A program made the position numbers and the translations under genes. The notes under the pieces are model-generated. The model saw only the letters and a list, made by a program, of their open reading frames with translations. It made no database searches and was not told the origin of the DNA. A stretch of DNA of 64,000 bases, from positions 4,085,025 through 4,149,024 of the forward strand of contig CM082596.2 in the NCBI GenBank assembly GCA_040954595.2, in the 5' to 3' direction. Below, piece after piece: positions 1 to 12,100 of the stretch (the first letter of the stretch is position 1; every line of letters begins with the position of its first letter). Source of the stretch: Balanoglossus misakiensis (Eukaryota; Animalia; Hemichordata).

Positions 1-2554
1 GGATGCCAACGTGAATGTTGAGGAGACTGAGAAGAAGGAAGAAGAAGTAGATCCCTGGGCGCTCCCGGAGTTGAAGGAAACGGAGACTCCATGGTCAGGT
101 AAAATGTATACTGATTCTTCGGGGGAGAGGTGACTGTTATTACCCAGTGTGTCAACTGATGAGGTCAAATATGGGATAATAGTTATGCAAGCGTCATCTG
201 TATACACATGTGTACTTACGGTCACACATATGGTACATATAAATATATCACAGATGTAATATTTTAATCTTCTATTAACAAATAATATAGTGACATCATG
301 AGTATGTACGGTGTGTATAATTAATTTTGGCTAATCTTCTCTTTTCTTTCCCTTCTGATTCATAGAACTTGACACGAATGGCAAATGTAAGCGAGTCCTC
401 TTGAATGGAATCGTCAGACCCGTTTTGCTTCTGGGACTGCTGTACCTTTTCATCTGTTCCCTGGATTTCCTCAGTTCGGCTTTTCGTCTCCTCGGAGGCA
501 AGACTGCGGGAGAAGTCATCGGAAGCAGTATCGTAGCAACGAATCCAGTCTGTGGGGTCATGGTCGGTATCCTAGCAACTGTGCTGGTTCAGAGCTCGAG
601 TACAACGACCTCTATCGTGGTTTCCATGGTAGCATCCGAGAGTAAGTTTTTTTCGTTAAAGGGACAAAGTCTCTCTCTCGCTGCCCTTTTTCCATTAATT
701 ATGTTTGATACAAGACACTGTTTATGTTATTTTACATGTGGATATATAGTGAATTCCTTGTTCTGTTATTTTATCGTAGTCTTGGAGGTTGGACCGGCCA
801 TCCCTATGATAATGGGCGCCAACATCGGCACATCGGTGACCAACACCATCGTGGCAGTCTTCCATCTTCGGGACAGGGGCGAGTTCCGGCGGGCTTTCGC
901 GGGCGCCACCGTGCACGACATGTTCAACTGGCTGGCCGTGCTCGTCCTCCTGCCGCTGGAGCTGGTCTCCGGGTGCCTCTACCGACTGACGGACGCCATC
1001 ATCAAGAGCATGCACTTGGAGACCAACGAAGAGGCCGACGTGGAACTTCTGAAGGTCATCACGAAGCCGTTCACTGAACTGGTCATACAGGTACTAAGAC
1101 AAAAGGAAGCAATTCCTCCGTTAGTTTTTGGAATGCAAGATTGCTGTTTGATCTTTTTTCCGGGTCATCCATACTGTAATTACTGTCCATGGTTCCTATT
1201 AGGATTAAGGGGGCATTAAATTAGTTCTTCGGAGTTTATACTGACAAGTGTTTAATTGTACTGTCTGCAGATAGACAAGGGTGTCATCAAAGACATCGCT
1301 CAAGGGGACGAAGGGGCAGAAAGACAGAGTTTGGTCAAAAAGTGGTGTGACGGCAAAGAGATCGATGTCCTGAGAAACGTCACGGACGTGGTCAACGTGA
1401 CAAAAATAGTTGATGGCGAATCTGTGATCGATCAAGAAGAGGTCACCAACCTGGTCATGGAGAAGGGGTACGAGGATGTCAGATGTGAGTGGCCGTTTTT
1501 GTATTCCATATCGTTTGGCAGTCTGCCGACAATAGCATTTAAAGCATCGTCCGCCTGTCCGGGTCGTTGGCTGACCACAGTCTCTTGATGGCGACGATGC
1601 ATATATAGGGAAAACTAATCTGTCTCTTTTTATACAATTTCAGGCAATTTTCTCTTCAGCAATACAGGTCTCAGTGACGCTGCATTAGGCGCCATCGTCC
1701 TCATATTAGCGCTAGTCATTCTCTGTGTCTGTTTGGTGTTGATTGTCAAGATCCTGCACTCGCTACTGAAGGGACAAATCGCGGTCTTGACCAAGAAGGT
1801 GATCAACTCCGACTTCCCGGGGCGGCTGTCGTGGTTGACCGGGTACTTCGCCATCTTGGTCGGCGCCGGCCTCACCATGCTGGTTCAGAGCAGCTCCATC
1901 TTCACGTCGGCTCTGACGCCCCTGGTCGGCATCGGCGTCATCAAGATCGAGCGGATGTATCCCTTCACCCTGGGGGCGAACGTCGGTACCACGTTCACGG
2001 CGATTTTGGCCGCGCTGGCTAGCTCCGGCGGGAAGCTGGCGTCGGCCCTGCAGATAGCCCTGTGTCATTTCTTCTTCAACATCTTCGGCATCGCCGTCTG
2101 GTACCCGGTTCCCGTCATGCGTCGGGTGCCCGTCAAATTGGCCAAGATCAACGGGAACACCACGGCCAAGTACCGCTGGTTCGCCTTCTTCTATCTCTTC
2201 GTGATGTTCTTCATCTTTCCCGCGTCGATGTTCGGTCTCTCCCTGGCCGGATGGGTGTGGCTGGGGATCTTCGGCTTGCTGTTTCTGCTCGTCTTCGCCT
2301 TCATCGTCGTCGTCAACATTCTGCAGTCGAAACGTCCCCAGTGGCTGCCCAAGATCTTAAGAACCTGGAACTTTCTTCCTCTGTGGATGCACTCCTTGGC
2401 GCCAATGGATCGTCTTATCACCAAGATCCTGGGTTTGTGCAAGTTCTGCAAGTGCCTGGCGCCATGTAGGACACATGATCCCAAGAAGCAAGGAACCCGC
2501 GAACTTGTCTCGACGATAAATGTTGTCTTCCAGCCAGACGAAACTGCATTTTAA
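1..2554 (+). CDS. SLC34A2: Sodium-dependent phosphate cotransporter, SLC34/NaPi-II family (NaPi-IIb-like); 5'-truncated; exons <1..98, 366..641, 780..1090, 1271..1484, 1644..2554
   Basis: All introns are GT-AG with consistent phases. Spliced product reads ...[114 protein letters not shown]. It has both QSSS repeats of the SLC34 fold, a Cys-rich C-tail ([11 protein letters not shown]) and a C-terminal class I PDZ-type motif (ETAF*). Assignment to a specific vertebrate paralog is nominal. Confidence 0.96.
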
Positions 2555-3158
2555 TCCGAACAAGTTGGACACTAAGCCTTAGCCTATGCAGCTGAATTTG
2601 ATCCACAATACGGTTTATGTTTACCCTCCAAGTCTCTTCATTTGGTATATAAGTAAACGCCATTCTTTATTTGCCTTTTCCCTTCTGCAACTTGACTATA
2701 CGTTTATGCATATTCGGGCATGAAAGCTTGGGTTTTATTATTATTTGCGATCGGATACTGGGCCGATTGCGTATAAATTTACAGGGCGAAGTGGTAGAAC
2801 AATATTTGTAGCTGAGATCATGTAATGAACTTGAGAAATATTAAAAAGTTATCTGATCATTCACTGCCGTGAAGGTATTTCACCTGTGATTATTTTATTG
2901 TTGATATAAACAGCGACGGAATAGCCTCGTTCCACATTTCTGTCGCCATGCCTGATAAGAACTCGTACGCGTTACAGTGAAATGTTTCTCACGCCGTGAG
3001 CGAGGTTACAACATTCTGTAGAACACAGAATAGAACAAATGTGTCTGTCTACAACAAAGTGTAGGCTTCTGGAATATAAGTTGTGCTTTAGACGTTCCTC
3101 GACATGCCGGTATCATTTGAAAAGATGGAAAGTTATGGTTTGATGCATATTTCTTGAT

Positions 3159-5555
3159 ATGTTGCCTCCAATTTTACTACATTTGGCCTTACTGTCAACT
3201 GCAATCGTCTTTTCCACGGCGGTTCCTATACAATCTGGTGAGTGTCGTACTTTGCTTCCGACAGGAATATAGGCCTACCTAAAAGTTGGACACAAACCTA
3301 CGTCACTAAATCTCCATCATTTAGAAGATGAGTAGCTGTGAGAAACACCAAATGAAGCCATCCAGACTGTGATATTAGGGAGTCGTCATTTTCGGACGAA
3401 TCAGGAGGGGGGGGGGTGTCTAGTTTTGTAGTGTAATTCCGTCGACCCCACTGGCCGTAAATAATGACGGCTCCCTAATTGCTAGATTTTGTTACTTGTA
3501 TGTTCAATGTTCCCAGACAAGCCGCCACTTAACAAGCATGAATTGGTACTCCTTGCCAACGAACTGACGCAGAGAGAATGCCGAGAGTTCGCGAGTGCTC
3601 TCAGAGTGGACAGCTTTGCTCTGAAATCGAAGCCAACGGGCAGCGACCTGCCCCTGGTGCCTTGTCTGGAGTTGTTAAGTAGCTGGAACTATGGAGACGG
3701 CACGACGTCGTCATGGACTCACGCGACCCACAGACTCTACCAAATTGGGCGAAAGGATCTGAGTAATCGTAAGTTTGACTTTTCGACAACTGAAAAGCTT
3801 CATCCCTTATGTCATTGAGGTGGTGGACCAAAATTCTGACCCCCGCATTTTTGTTTATATCATCAGAGTTAGCAAAAGCGATCCTTGCTGAGAAACGCTA
3901 CAGACTAGGCAAATATGTCTTTAATCGTTCGACCAGAAGACATGCAAATCACGATGACCCGATGGTTGATGATGATCATAGACAAAGCAAATCGAGCGAA
4001 ATCGTAAAACGTGACGTTGATGATGGTAGGTATTACTTACAGTTGTTATCAGGGGCAGTAGCTGCATCATTTCATCTTTAAATGTTACATTATTAAGCAG
4101 TTTAGTGTGCAAATCAAAAAGTATATTTTTTTAATATAATGTTGGCAATTGAAAGATACTGAATACCTTTCTCTGTCGACACCAACAGACAAGGAAAACG
4201 TTCCGCGGGTTACGGATGCTAACCAGAAGTTGCAGAGCTACTCGGCAGGTTTCGGTGAATACAGTAACAGCTACGTTTCTGGAACAGACGGCGTCTATCC
4301 TTACGCGGAGCAGTACATGAAACCAGCGAGCCGAGAACTTGTGTTGGCGGTGGTGATACCCATGGTAGTGGCTCCAGGAGTTGTCTTGATTATCGTGTTC
4401 ATCGGCATCCTGTTGAATTATAGGTACGGACTCAAACAAGACGGATGATGCTCAATGCGAGATCTCCGAAACTTGGTACTTAGCCTCTCGACTTACTCAT
4501 ACATTATCTGCTGAGCTCTCTCTTGTAATTGTCAGCTGCTGTCATTTTCAATGGTGATGTAATAAATTGGGTTCCAAATCATGATGTCATGATTTACATT
4601 TTAGGAAGAAAGAGACGAGACAACGTCGCCGACAGCTGGACTGTAGCCATGGTAATGGTGGCAGACAAGGAGACGCAATCGAAATGAGAGTGACACAGAA
4701 GAAGACATCAAACTCTAACAACTATCGTTTCCCGGAGTAAGTGTTACATGTACATATACCATAGACACGTGAAATTGAGTACATTGCTATACTAGTATTT
4801 CAGTCCATCTTGAAGGTAACGTTTGTCAACGGATACGTGACTATAAACAAGGCAATGAACAATAGTTGACTCTGAACCCTCTACTCCATATATTTTCAGA
4901 GTTTCGGGAAGGACGCCCAGAACGTCAGCTGCAACTGTCCAAGTACACTGGATAGATCAAAGTGAAGACATTTATAGTCAAATCAATGGCAAAAGTCTCG
5001 GCATGAAATCTGAACAGCAAACAAGGTGTGTAGATGCACGCTGATGTATATGAATGTGTGAGTGCGTAAATAATCAGTGAGTGTGTGTACATTGTACTAC
5101 TCAATCTGAAATTCTCGCAATATATCTGTTTTGACAGAGCTGATGCAAACAATGAGAATGCCTTGAGAAGAAAGCGAAGACGAGAGAGAAGGAAAGCTAT
5201 TGAAAGGGACAAGTACTCGGTCATGTTGCCTACAAGTTCAAGGTAATAGATGAAACTGCAACTCCGACAGACAGGCAGGCGACACACCCTGACAGTAATA
5301 CCAGATACAGACCTTCGGGTTTACACCACTGGACTAGTGCCCCTTGTTGCTATGCAAAATAAAAACAAAGTTGCCTCGCTATTTTAGTATGTGGGCGCTT
5401 TTGTCTCACAAAGTTTCCTCGTACTTTTTTTTCATATTAATATGTCTGCCTCAGAAGTGATCCTATGGACAGAATTGATGGATTTTACCATTTTTTCTCT
5501 TTAATTGTTTTTCAGTGAAGACAGCGAATGTACCAAAGATGATGAAGAATGCTAG
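3159..5555 (+). CDS. TMDD1: Type I membrane protein with signal peptide and extracellular death-domain-like region, TMDD1/C12orf81-like; 386 aa; exons 3159..3237, 3517..3768, 3867..4025, 4156..4423, 4605..4736, 4900..5025, 5138..5242, 5516..5555
   Basis: Eight GT-AG exons join in frame (1161 nt), with an in-frame TGA at 3141 upstream of the ATG. Signal peptide MLPPILLHLALLSTAIVFSTAVP. Death-fold-like segment LANELTQRECREF..CLELLSSW..SW....HRLYQIGRKDLSNQL resembles the recalled TMDD1 pattern LAELLTPEEC..F / C.E.L..W / SW..L...L...GR.D...EL. TM segment LVLAVVIPMVVAPGVVLIIVFIGILLNY is followed by a basic stop-transfer (RKKETRQRRR). AATAAA at 5599..5604. The gene symbol rests on remembered similarity only. 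Confidence 0.8.
3378..3475. mobile_element. Small MITE (about 98 bp) in intron 1 of the TMDD1-like gene
   Basis: Terminal inverted repeat GGGAGTCGTCATT / AATGACGGCTCCC (1 mismatch), TA on both flanks, internal G-run. Confidence 0.7.
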
Positions 5556-5598
5556 GATTTGATCGAACCGTTTGATTTTGTATCATGTAATTACTGGT

Positions 5599-5604
5599 AA
5601 TAAA
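5599..5604 (+). terminator. Polyadenylation signal of the TMDD1-like gene
   Basis: AATAAA about 44 nt after the TAG stop, followed by GT-rich sequence. Confidence 0.65.
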
Positions 5605-5689
5605 CATTGTGCTTGTCGCTATTATGAGTTACATTGTGTGGTTTTAAGTTTTGTATTGAAATAGGTCGTTTAAAAGTGTCGTTATGACT

Positions 5690-5926
5690 GTGAAACCATG
5701 CGTTCACCCGAAAATTGTGAGCAGTTAATCAGTGTGCGATGGTCAGCCTTTAAGAAAACTGCGCCACCATGCGGTCATGATTGTAGTGAACCAGGTGCAC
5801 ATGTGCGGAGATTTGACCTGAAGTGACCCTTGTATAAGACCAAAGATGGCGTGTTGTCGAGTATGCATGTTGCTGACCGAAAATGTTTCAGTATAAAACG
5901 TGCTGTGTTTGGCAAGTTATGAAAAG
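5690..5926 (+). promoter_or_regulatory. CpG-containing promoter and non-coding first exon of an unidentified gene
   Basis: Locally CpG-rich, YY1-type AAGATGGCG at 5843..5851, strong donor AAG|GTAAGG after 5926. A second UTR exon 6388..6448 has a TAG acceptor and CAG|GTAAGT donor. The start coordinate is approximate. Confidence 0.5.
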
Positions 5927-6725
5927 GTAAGGCGACGAAAACATGATTCTTTCCAACCCAATACATCTATCGTAAAGAAGAGTGATACTTCCTGGCCTGC
6001 AGAATCCCGCGTTCCGTTGTGCATGCTTCTTGTCGAATCTCAATTATTTTGCATTTGTGTGTATTGTGCGTATGTTATTTTACTCTGCTGTTCAGAATTG
6101 TCCAGTTTTGACTTTTGTTGGTTCAATTTTCCGAACGATGTAAACATTGTTATGTATACATCCTTGTTGTAGTCTGCTAAAATTACTGTACAGCGTATTG
6201 ATGAGGTTCGTGCTTGTCCATTTTCGTTTGTTAGAGATGTCTGGGTTTTTTTTTAGGGGGTGGGTGGGTGGTAATTTGTGCCAACTTTGACCAAAAAACC
6301 TAAAATCTTCTCAGTCGAGTTGGTCCATGAGGGCTTAGTGAATACTTATATTTGGTATAGCATTTCAATTTGTTTACTAATTTGTAGGTCATGGACATAA
6401 TGTCCAACCCAGTTGGTTGAGGAAAGTCACAGAAACTAAACCAATCAGGTAAGTTAAACACCTCCACTGTGTCTCAAAAAGTCTGTTTAAATGCCTAAGT
6501 AATGTATTGCTTGAAGATGGTACATTGCATTGTCAGAGTGACATTTTCGTATTGCGACTTGATACAGTGATTGGCGAAACAGATTATGTAACTTTGCCCA
6601 GATTGGCCAATATTGAAATCTTTCACATGTTTCATGTAGTTAACATCTTCCTGGGGAACACTTCACAGTGATGTCATGTAATTTGTCATGTTCTAAATTG
6701 CATTGTTTCTATATATCAGGCCAAA

Positions 6726-6843
6726 ATGTCCAAAATTGGAGATGAAAATGGCCTGTCCACCATCACGAAGTTGAACCAAGTCAAAAATGACCAAAATGGG
6801 GTGAAAGAACTCGACAATGAAATACGGTCTGATTTTGATCCTG
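6726..6843 (+). CDS. First coding exon of an unidentified gene (MSKIGDENGLSTITKLNQVKNDQNGVKELDNEIRSDFDP...), 3'-incomplete
   Basis: Exon 6720..6843 has a pyrimidine-rich CAG acceptor, Kozak-like GCCAAAATG, an in-frame upstream TAA in the preceding exon, and a CTG|GTAAGT donor (phase 1). Downstream exons were not identified. Confidence 0.55.
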
Positions 6844-6890
6844 GTAAGTTGAACAAAATACAATTCAGAGTTGTTTCTTTGAAAGAGAAT

Positions 6891-6896
6891 TTTATT
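6891..6896 (-). terminator. Probable polyadenylation signal of the DPP IV-family gene (3' UTR about 2.2 kb)
   Basis: First AATAAA on the - strand that I find downstream of the stop at 9133. The intervening sequence is T-rich and UTR-like on the - strand. Confidence 0.5.
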
Positions 6897-9132
6897 AGAT
6901 CAGAATATCCTTTCAAGCAAATATACAAATTTTAAGAATGGCAATTTCATGAGCAGTTAACACAGGTATGTGATGGTCTGACAAAATGAAAGCCAGCAGC
7001 TTCAAGAGACTAAAAACAAAATTATGTCACATTTCATAGAAATTGACCATTTCTACATAAATACACAACGGCAAGAAAGCCACATATTTTTTTTAAGATA
7101 CACATATATGAACATATGAAAATTGTAATTTATCCCACTTCTTCATGATTTTAAAGTTCACTGGTCTAACATCTCTACTGACACAAGTCTTGTTTCTGTA
7201 AATAAATGAAATTTCCAAGTGGGCTTTCCTGGAGTATTTGTGGTCATAATTTCCAAGATTCTTAACGATAATTGGTGTTTAGTAGCAGCATAGCAAACCA
7301 AATCATTTTTCCAGGTCTTTCAAAGGGTAAATTTCAGTTTCCCCATAATACTTGCAAGTGGTTTAAAATTGTAGGAGTTTTCATTAATTTTCGAGGGAGT
7401 ATATAGTATAAAACCCATGAGAAGCAACTAACTACACAAAACAGTCCATTTTAGTGTAAATGTGTATTCAGCAGATAGTAGTGAATTATACGTTTTAGAA
7501 ACACTGGCTTTCTATACTCTGATAACAAAACCTAATCAATCATAAGCTCTTAGAAATTAATTAAAACTTTTACATTTCATTTGAATATTTTTTACATGAT
7601 AGTACTCAGTTCATAATAGCATATTATATACAAGCAAGTCTATATCCTTTCTTGGTGTCGTAAAACATTATAGTGCACGATTTCAAATCAGACATCAAAT
7701 AAACCACTCAGAAGTAGGTACGTGGTGAAAACAAAAGATCTTACATACACACTATGTGAGGGCAGCACTTTACAATAATTTATCCAAAACGTGTAGACAT
7801 TTCAACTGTATTTACACAACATCTTAAATTACTTAAATAACTTACAGAATAATTAATCAATGTTAACATCTTTGAGAAATATAAGGTTCTTTTTCAAAAA
7901 TATCTTTTGTATGCAAAAACTTGACTTTTTTTTCATATATGTAAACTTTCAGTTCACAGAAGAAAAATTCACACAACTAACGCAGAAAATATTCTGCGAA
8001 AAACTAATTAACCTGCATTTGAACTTGAAGCTTTTTGTACAAAATTTAAACAACATGAAAGTTGTCTTGACTGAGCAATTCTTGGTAGAATAGATAAAAA
8101 GGGAGAAAAGATAGAAGTCTACACAACACCACCATATTAATAACATCTTTTATCTACCGGTCTTCATTTCCTGTCCAGAAATTTGAGGTCAATTTTTGGA
8201 ATGTTGTGCGTGGAAAAGAAAGTTTTCTTTACCTGTCTCAGTCATTGCACTTTACAGGACTAACAACAATACACTAAAAAGAAATATATTTTACACAAAA
8301 TTGGTTACATTCATAATTCTTGCTATAGTGTACAGCAAAACATATCTTTTGAAGTTCTCAAACTTTCATTTCTTTAAATAAATTCCATTCCTGTCAAGTG
8401 GAAGTGTGGTAAATAATACTGCATACACACCAGAGGTTCCCCTAACTGTCTGGACATTCATTCAACTCATTTCAGGCAACATAAGGAGGCATGTATGCAC
8501 CCTTGAAAGTTTCAAATAGCACCATGTACGTTGTGAGACCCCCCAATCTATATGAAAAACGTTTATGCGCCTGGTGTTCTAAGATCATCAGCTTCAACAT
8601 AGATTTAGTAACTATATTGCACAATAATTTCACACCACTGTATCAACACAAGAATATGTGATGTACATGTTGAATATAACAAACATTAACAAAATAAACC
8701 CTAACAAAAACGGAACGTCACAGAGGCAGCTTTTTAAAGTGAGAAATTCATTTAAAAAGATATAAATCTCCAGAACAAACGGCTAATTCTTCTGTGAGTT
8801 TTAGAACACTTGTAAAAAAGTAGAAACCATTTCTCGCATTAGTTTCAGCAGAAAACAAAAACTGTAAGTACAACAACATAAATAACTGTAATCTGTCCAT
8901 TTTTTTGTATCTTTAGGGGTGCTTTATGCAGATTAACACTGACTCTACGCCACTTAGTTTCACTTGAAGTAAATGTACTGCTACATTCTGTCATCCTAAC
9001 ATATTCTACAGCTCATGGTTTCTATATTTCAGCGCTTGAGAACCTTGCATACAGTTGTGTAAACTTGAGATATGCAAATAAGCAAAAGTTCATGAATGTC
9101 CAGCAAGTTAGGGGGTGTGCATGTGGTTATTT

Positions 9133-12100
9133 TCATAGCTCGATGTTTAGGCACTGAGTCAGGTGGTTTGTGAGTAACCTATAAAGATGTTTTCTTGTGT
9201 GGTAGCCCAACAAATCATGTGCTTTGTCCGTGTAGAACTGCGGAGAAAAAAAGAAAAGAAAAGCACGTTACAGAAAATCTCAACTCAGACATTTTTATTA
9301 TTTTCATGACACACAAAAGTTTCATGAAAGTCATTATATATTTAAGTTCAATAACTTACCTGTGTTCTATAGTCTACTTCATACTGTGTAAGAGCTTTAA
9401 CTAAATTTGCAGTGTTTTGAAAATGTACATTATCTGAAAAGATAGAAAAGAGTCTAATATTAGCAGTAGAATTTTTGCAATACCTTGAATTTCAAGCTCA
9501 ACTACTTTCAAACTATATTGAGGTATCAATAGACTTGGTGATCAGATAATACAAAAGAAGTGCAGTTTGTTGTCGTTGGTGGCGCTGTCAAAGTCATAGT
9601 TATCTGAGTTAGTGTCTTGACATCAAATAATTTAAAGAAACTCACCATCAGCTAAGCCATGAACAAGTAATAAATCTTTATCTAGGAAATTTTTAGCCTT
9701 TTCTGAAACATTTGACAACTGCAAAAAAAAGTAAGATTTATTTACAAGGTAGTAATCGACTTCGTAACACGGATCATTTTCCCACATACTTTTCTTGTTC
9801 ACTGGGCTGATAATGTAATTGCAAGTAAGCCCAGGTTTTGTCTTGCGTCTGACTGCAGTGAAGGATTGTTCAGTTTTCAACTGTGGCTCTTTGGAATAGG
9901 AATACTTCTACAGATGTACCTTACTGGATTAATAACTGTTTGGCTAACATACCACACCATATGCAAGTAACCACAAAAAAGGGAGAAACGTTGACTTACC
10001 CTATATGAATGTATATTGTCGTCATTCGATGGATATCCCATATACCTCTCTGTATAAGCAGTGTCTAGAGGAAAAATAGACACAATATGAATTAAACATT
10101 TTTTATTTTCGTGTGGATTAGGAGAAATAAGTTGAGATGCATCAGTAGGAAATTTGATCTAATCTTCACTCATATCAAGGATCACTTCAAGTCAATAAAA
10201 TTCACTCAAAGACAAACAGAATCATGATACACATACCGTAATATCTCCAGTCTGTAACAGGACTGACAGCCATCGCACAGGAAAAGGTATCTCCAGATGC
10301 TAACGCCATTGCGGAAGCAAATCCACCGTAAGACTGATGAGACAAAACAGAAAAATGCTGTACTGTAAAGGATTGAGTTTTCATATTTTGTGTCGAATCA
10401 TATTAACATGATGTCAGTGCATACATTTGTAAACACGTTTTGCGGTCAAACAATGGACAGAAACAATTTTTGTTGTTGAAAAAGATATAATACACACCAA
10501 CTGTGTCATATCAACTTACCCATCCCCATATCGCTGACCTTTTATTGTCGATAAATTGTAATTTTTTGATGTGTCTGAAAGAAAATGTACATGGTGTTTT
10601 ATAAATAGTGCTTAACTGGCATATAGAAAGTAATCAATAACCAGTAAAATCTACCAGCTGCGTTCAAAAAATAAAAATAGCACATATTGGCTATAAAACA
10701 GGACACAGGGGTTTTATGTATCTTCTGAACACCATGCAGAAGTTAAGAAACTTTGCCTTACTGTGCTCCAGCGAGCTGATCTTCAATTTCCACTGAACCA
10801 AATTGTTTATAAATTTCAAACATGTATTTGTCCCCGTAGCCACCCGAACCTCGTCCATCAATGCTCGCTACAATGACATTATACTGACTGGTCAGATATG
10901 CTGGCCATCCAAGCTCAAAGGTGTCCTTCACTTTCTGACTTCCAGGTCCACCATACCTGTCAACAAAATGGAATAAGCCAACACTCTGTGTTATAATCAT
11001 TATACTGCTATATCACATCCTGATAATAAAGTCAAATTATAACATGGCCACGTCTTTATCCTTTAAATTTGTCTCATCATGTCATAATTATAATAATTAC
11101 CATTCAAGCAGTACTCTAATTACTGCTTTCCATCATGGCCACTATTGTTACTAATGTAATTGTCATGATCAGCGATGTAGATAATAGCCAGTCACTGGTC
11201 AAAATACCTGTCTCAACTCGGCATGTGACCGTCTACGGTCTATATTATTTCTAAACCCCATAGAAAAATGCACATCAATGAGCAAATTCATCTTGCCCAT
11301 CTATTAGAGAACATATACTGCATGATCATCATCATCATGATCATACTTACACATCAATCAACAGTGGATGTTTCCTTGCATTGTCCATCTTGGCCGGCAC
11401 AATCAACTGAATTGAGGCGCCCGGACTGGCATACCCTTCCACCGGAATCTGTAGGAAGATTTTTTCCGGGACAGCCTTGCCCAACAACTTCTGGGCAAGT
11501 TTTGCATTGTCCTCAAACACGTATCTTACTGAAAAATCACTGGCCCTGTTCAGTGTTGACTGGGGCATGCCGGGGCCCTGACAGTTCAAGACGTAATATG
11601 TGCTGATCTTGTTGAAGATTGCATCAACGTAGCTGCAGTTTGTGGTGCTGATATTACAAGTCATACAGACTCTCTCATAAGGTGGGGTCATGTGGACACT
11701 GAATATGGGAAGAGAAGGAGAAAGAAAAACAAATTGAAGGATAAATAATTCTCTCAAAGTGGCTAGTCCATAGAATTATCAATGTGTAGAGCTCTTACAA
11801 AAATAACCAACATCTCATTAAAAGACAGATGAGCATTGAAGTGCCTGTGTATGTGCAGTACTGGGTGGTAGGGATGAGCGCCATCAATGGCCATAGTTTT
11901 ATTTTCTTTCATTAAAAAGTGAAGACAAGATTACCACACATGACTACAAATATGACTTTTAAGAAATGTCAACCACACCCACAAGTACTTGATTATTTTT
12001 CCAGTGAAAACTCAGACCAAATACTCACAACCACAGATGCTTCGATCTGGGAGATGGAAATTCTCCGCTGGTGTAATAAACTCTCTTGAGATCTTCATCT

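Noticed and set aside
642-779. Stop-free in-frame stretch inside ORF 401..1219
   Set aside because: It has clear GT-AG intron signals and is T-rich, and removing it restores the SLC34 sequence. It is probably open by chance, although retention cannot be excluded.
722-2484. Overlapping and antisense ORFs on SLC34 exons
   Set aside because: These are shadow frames expected from high GC3, with no recognisable motifs.
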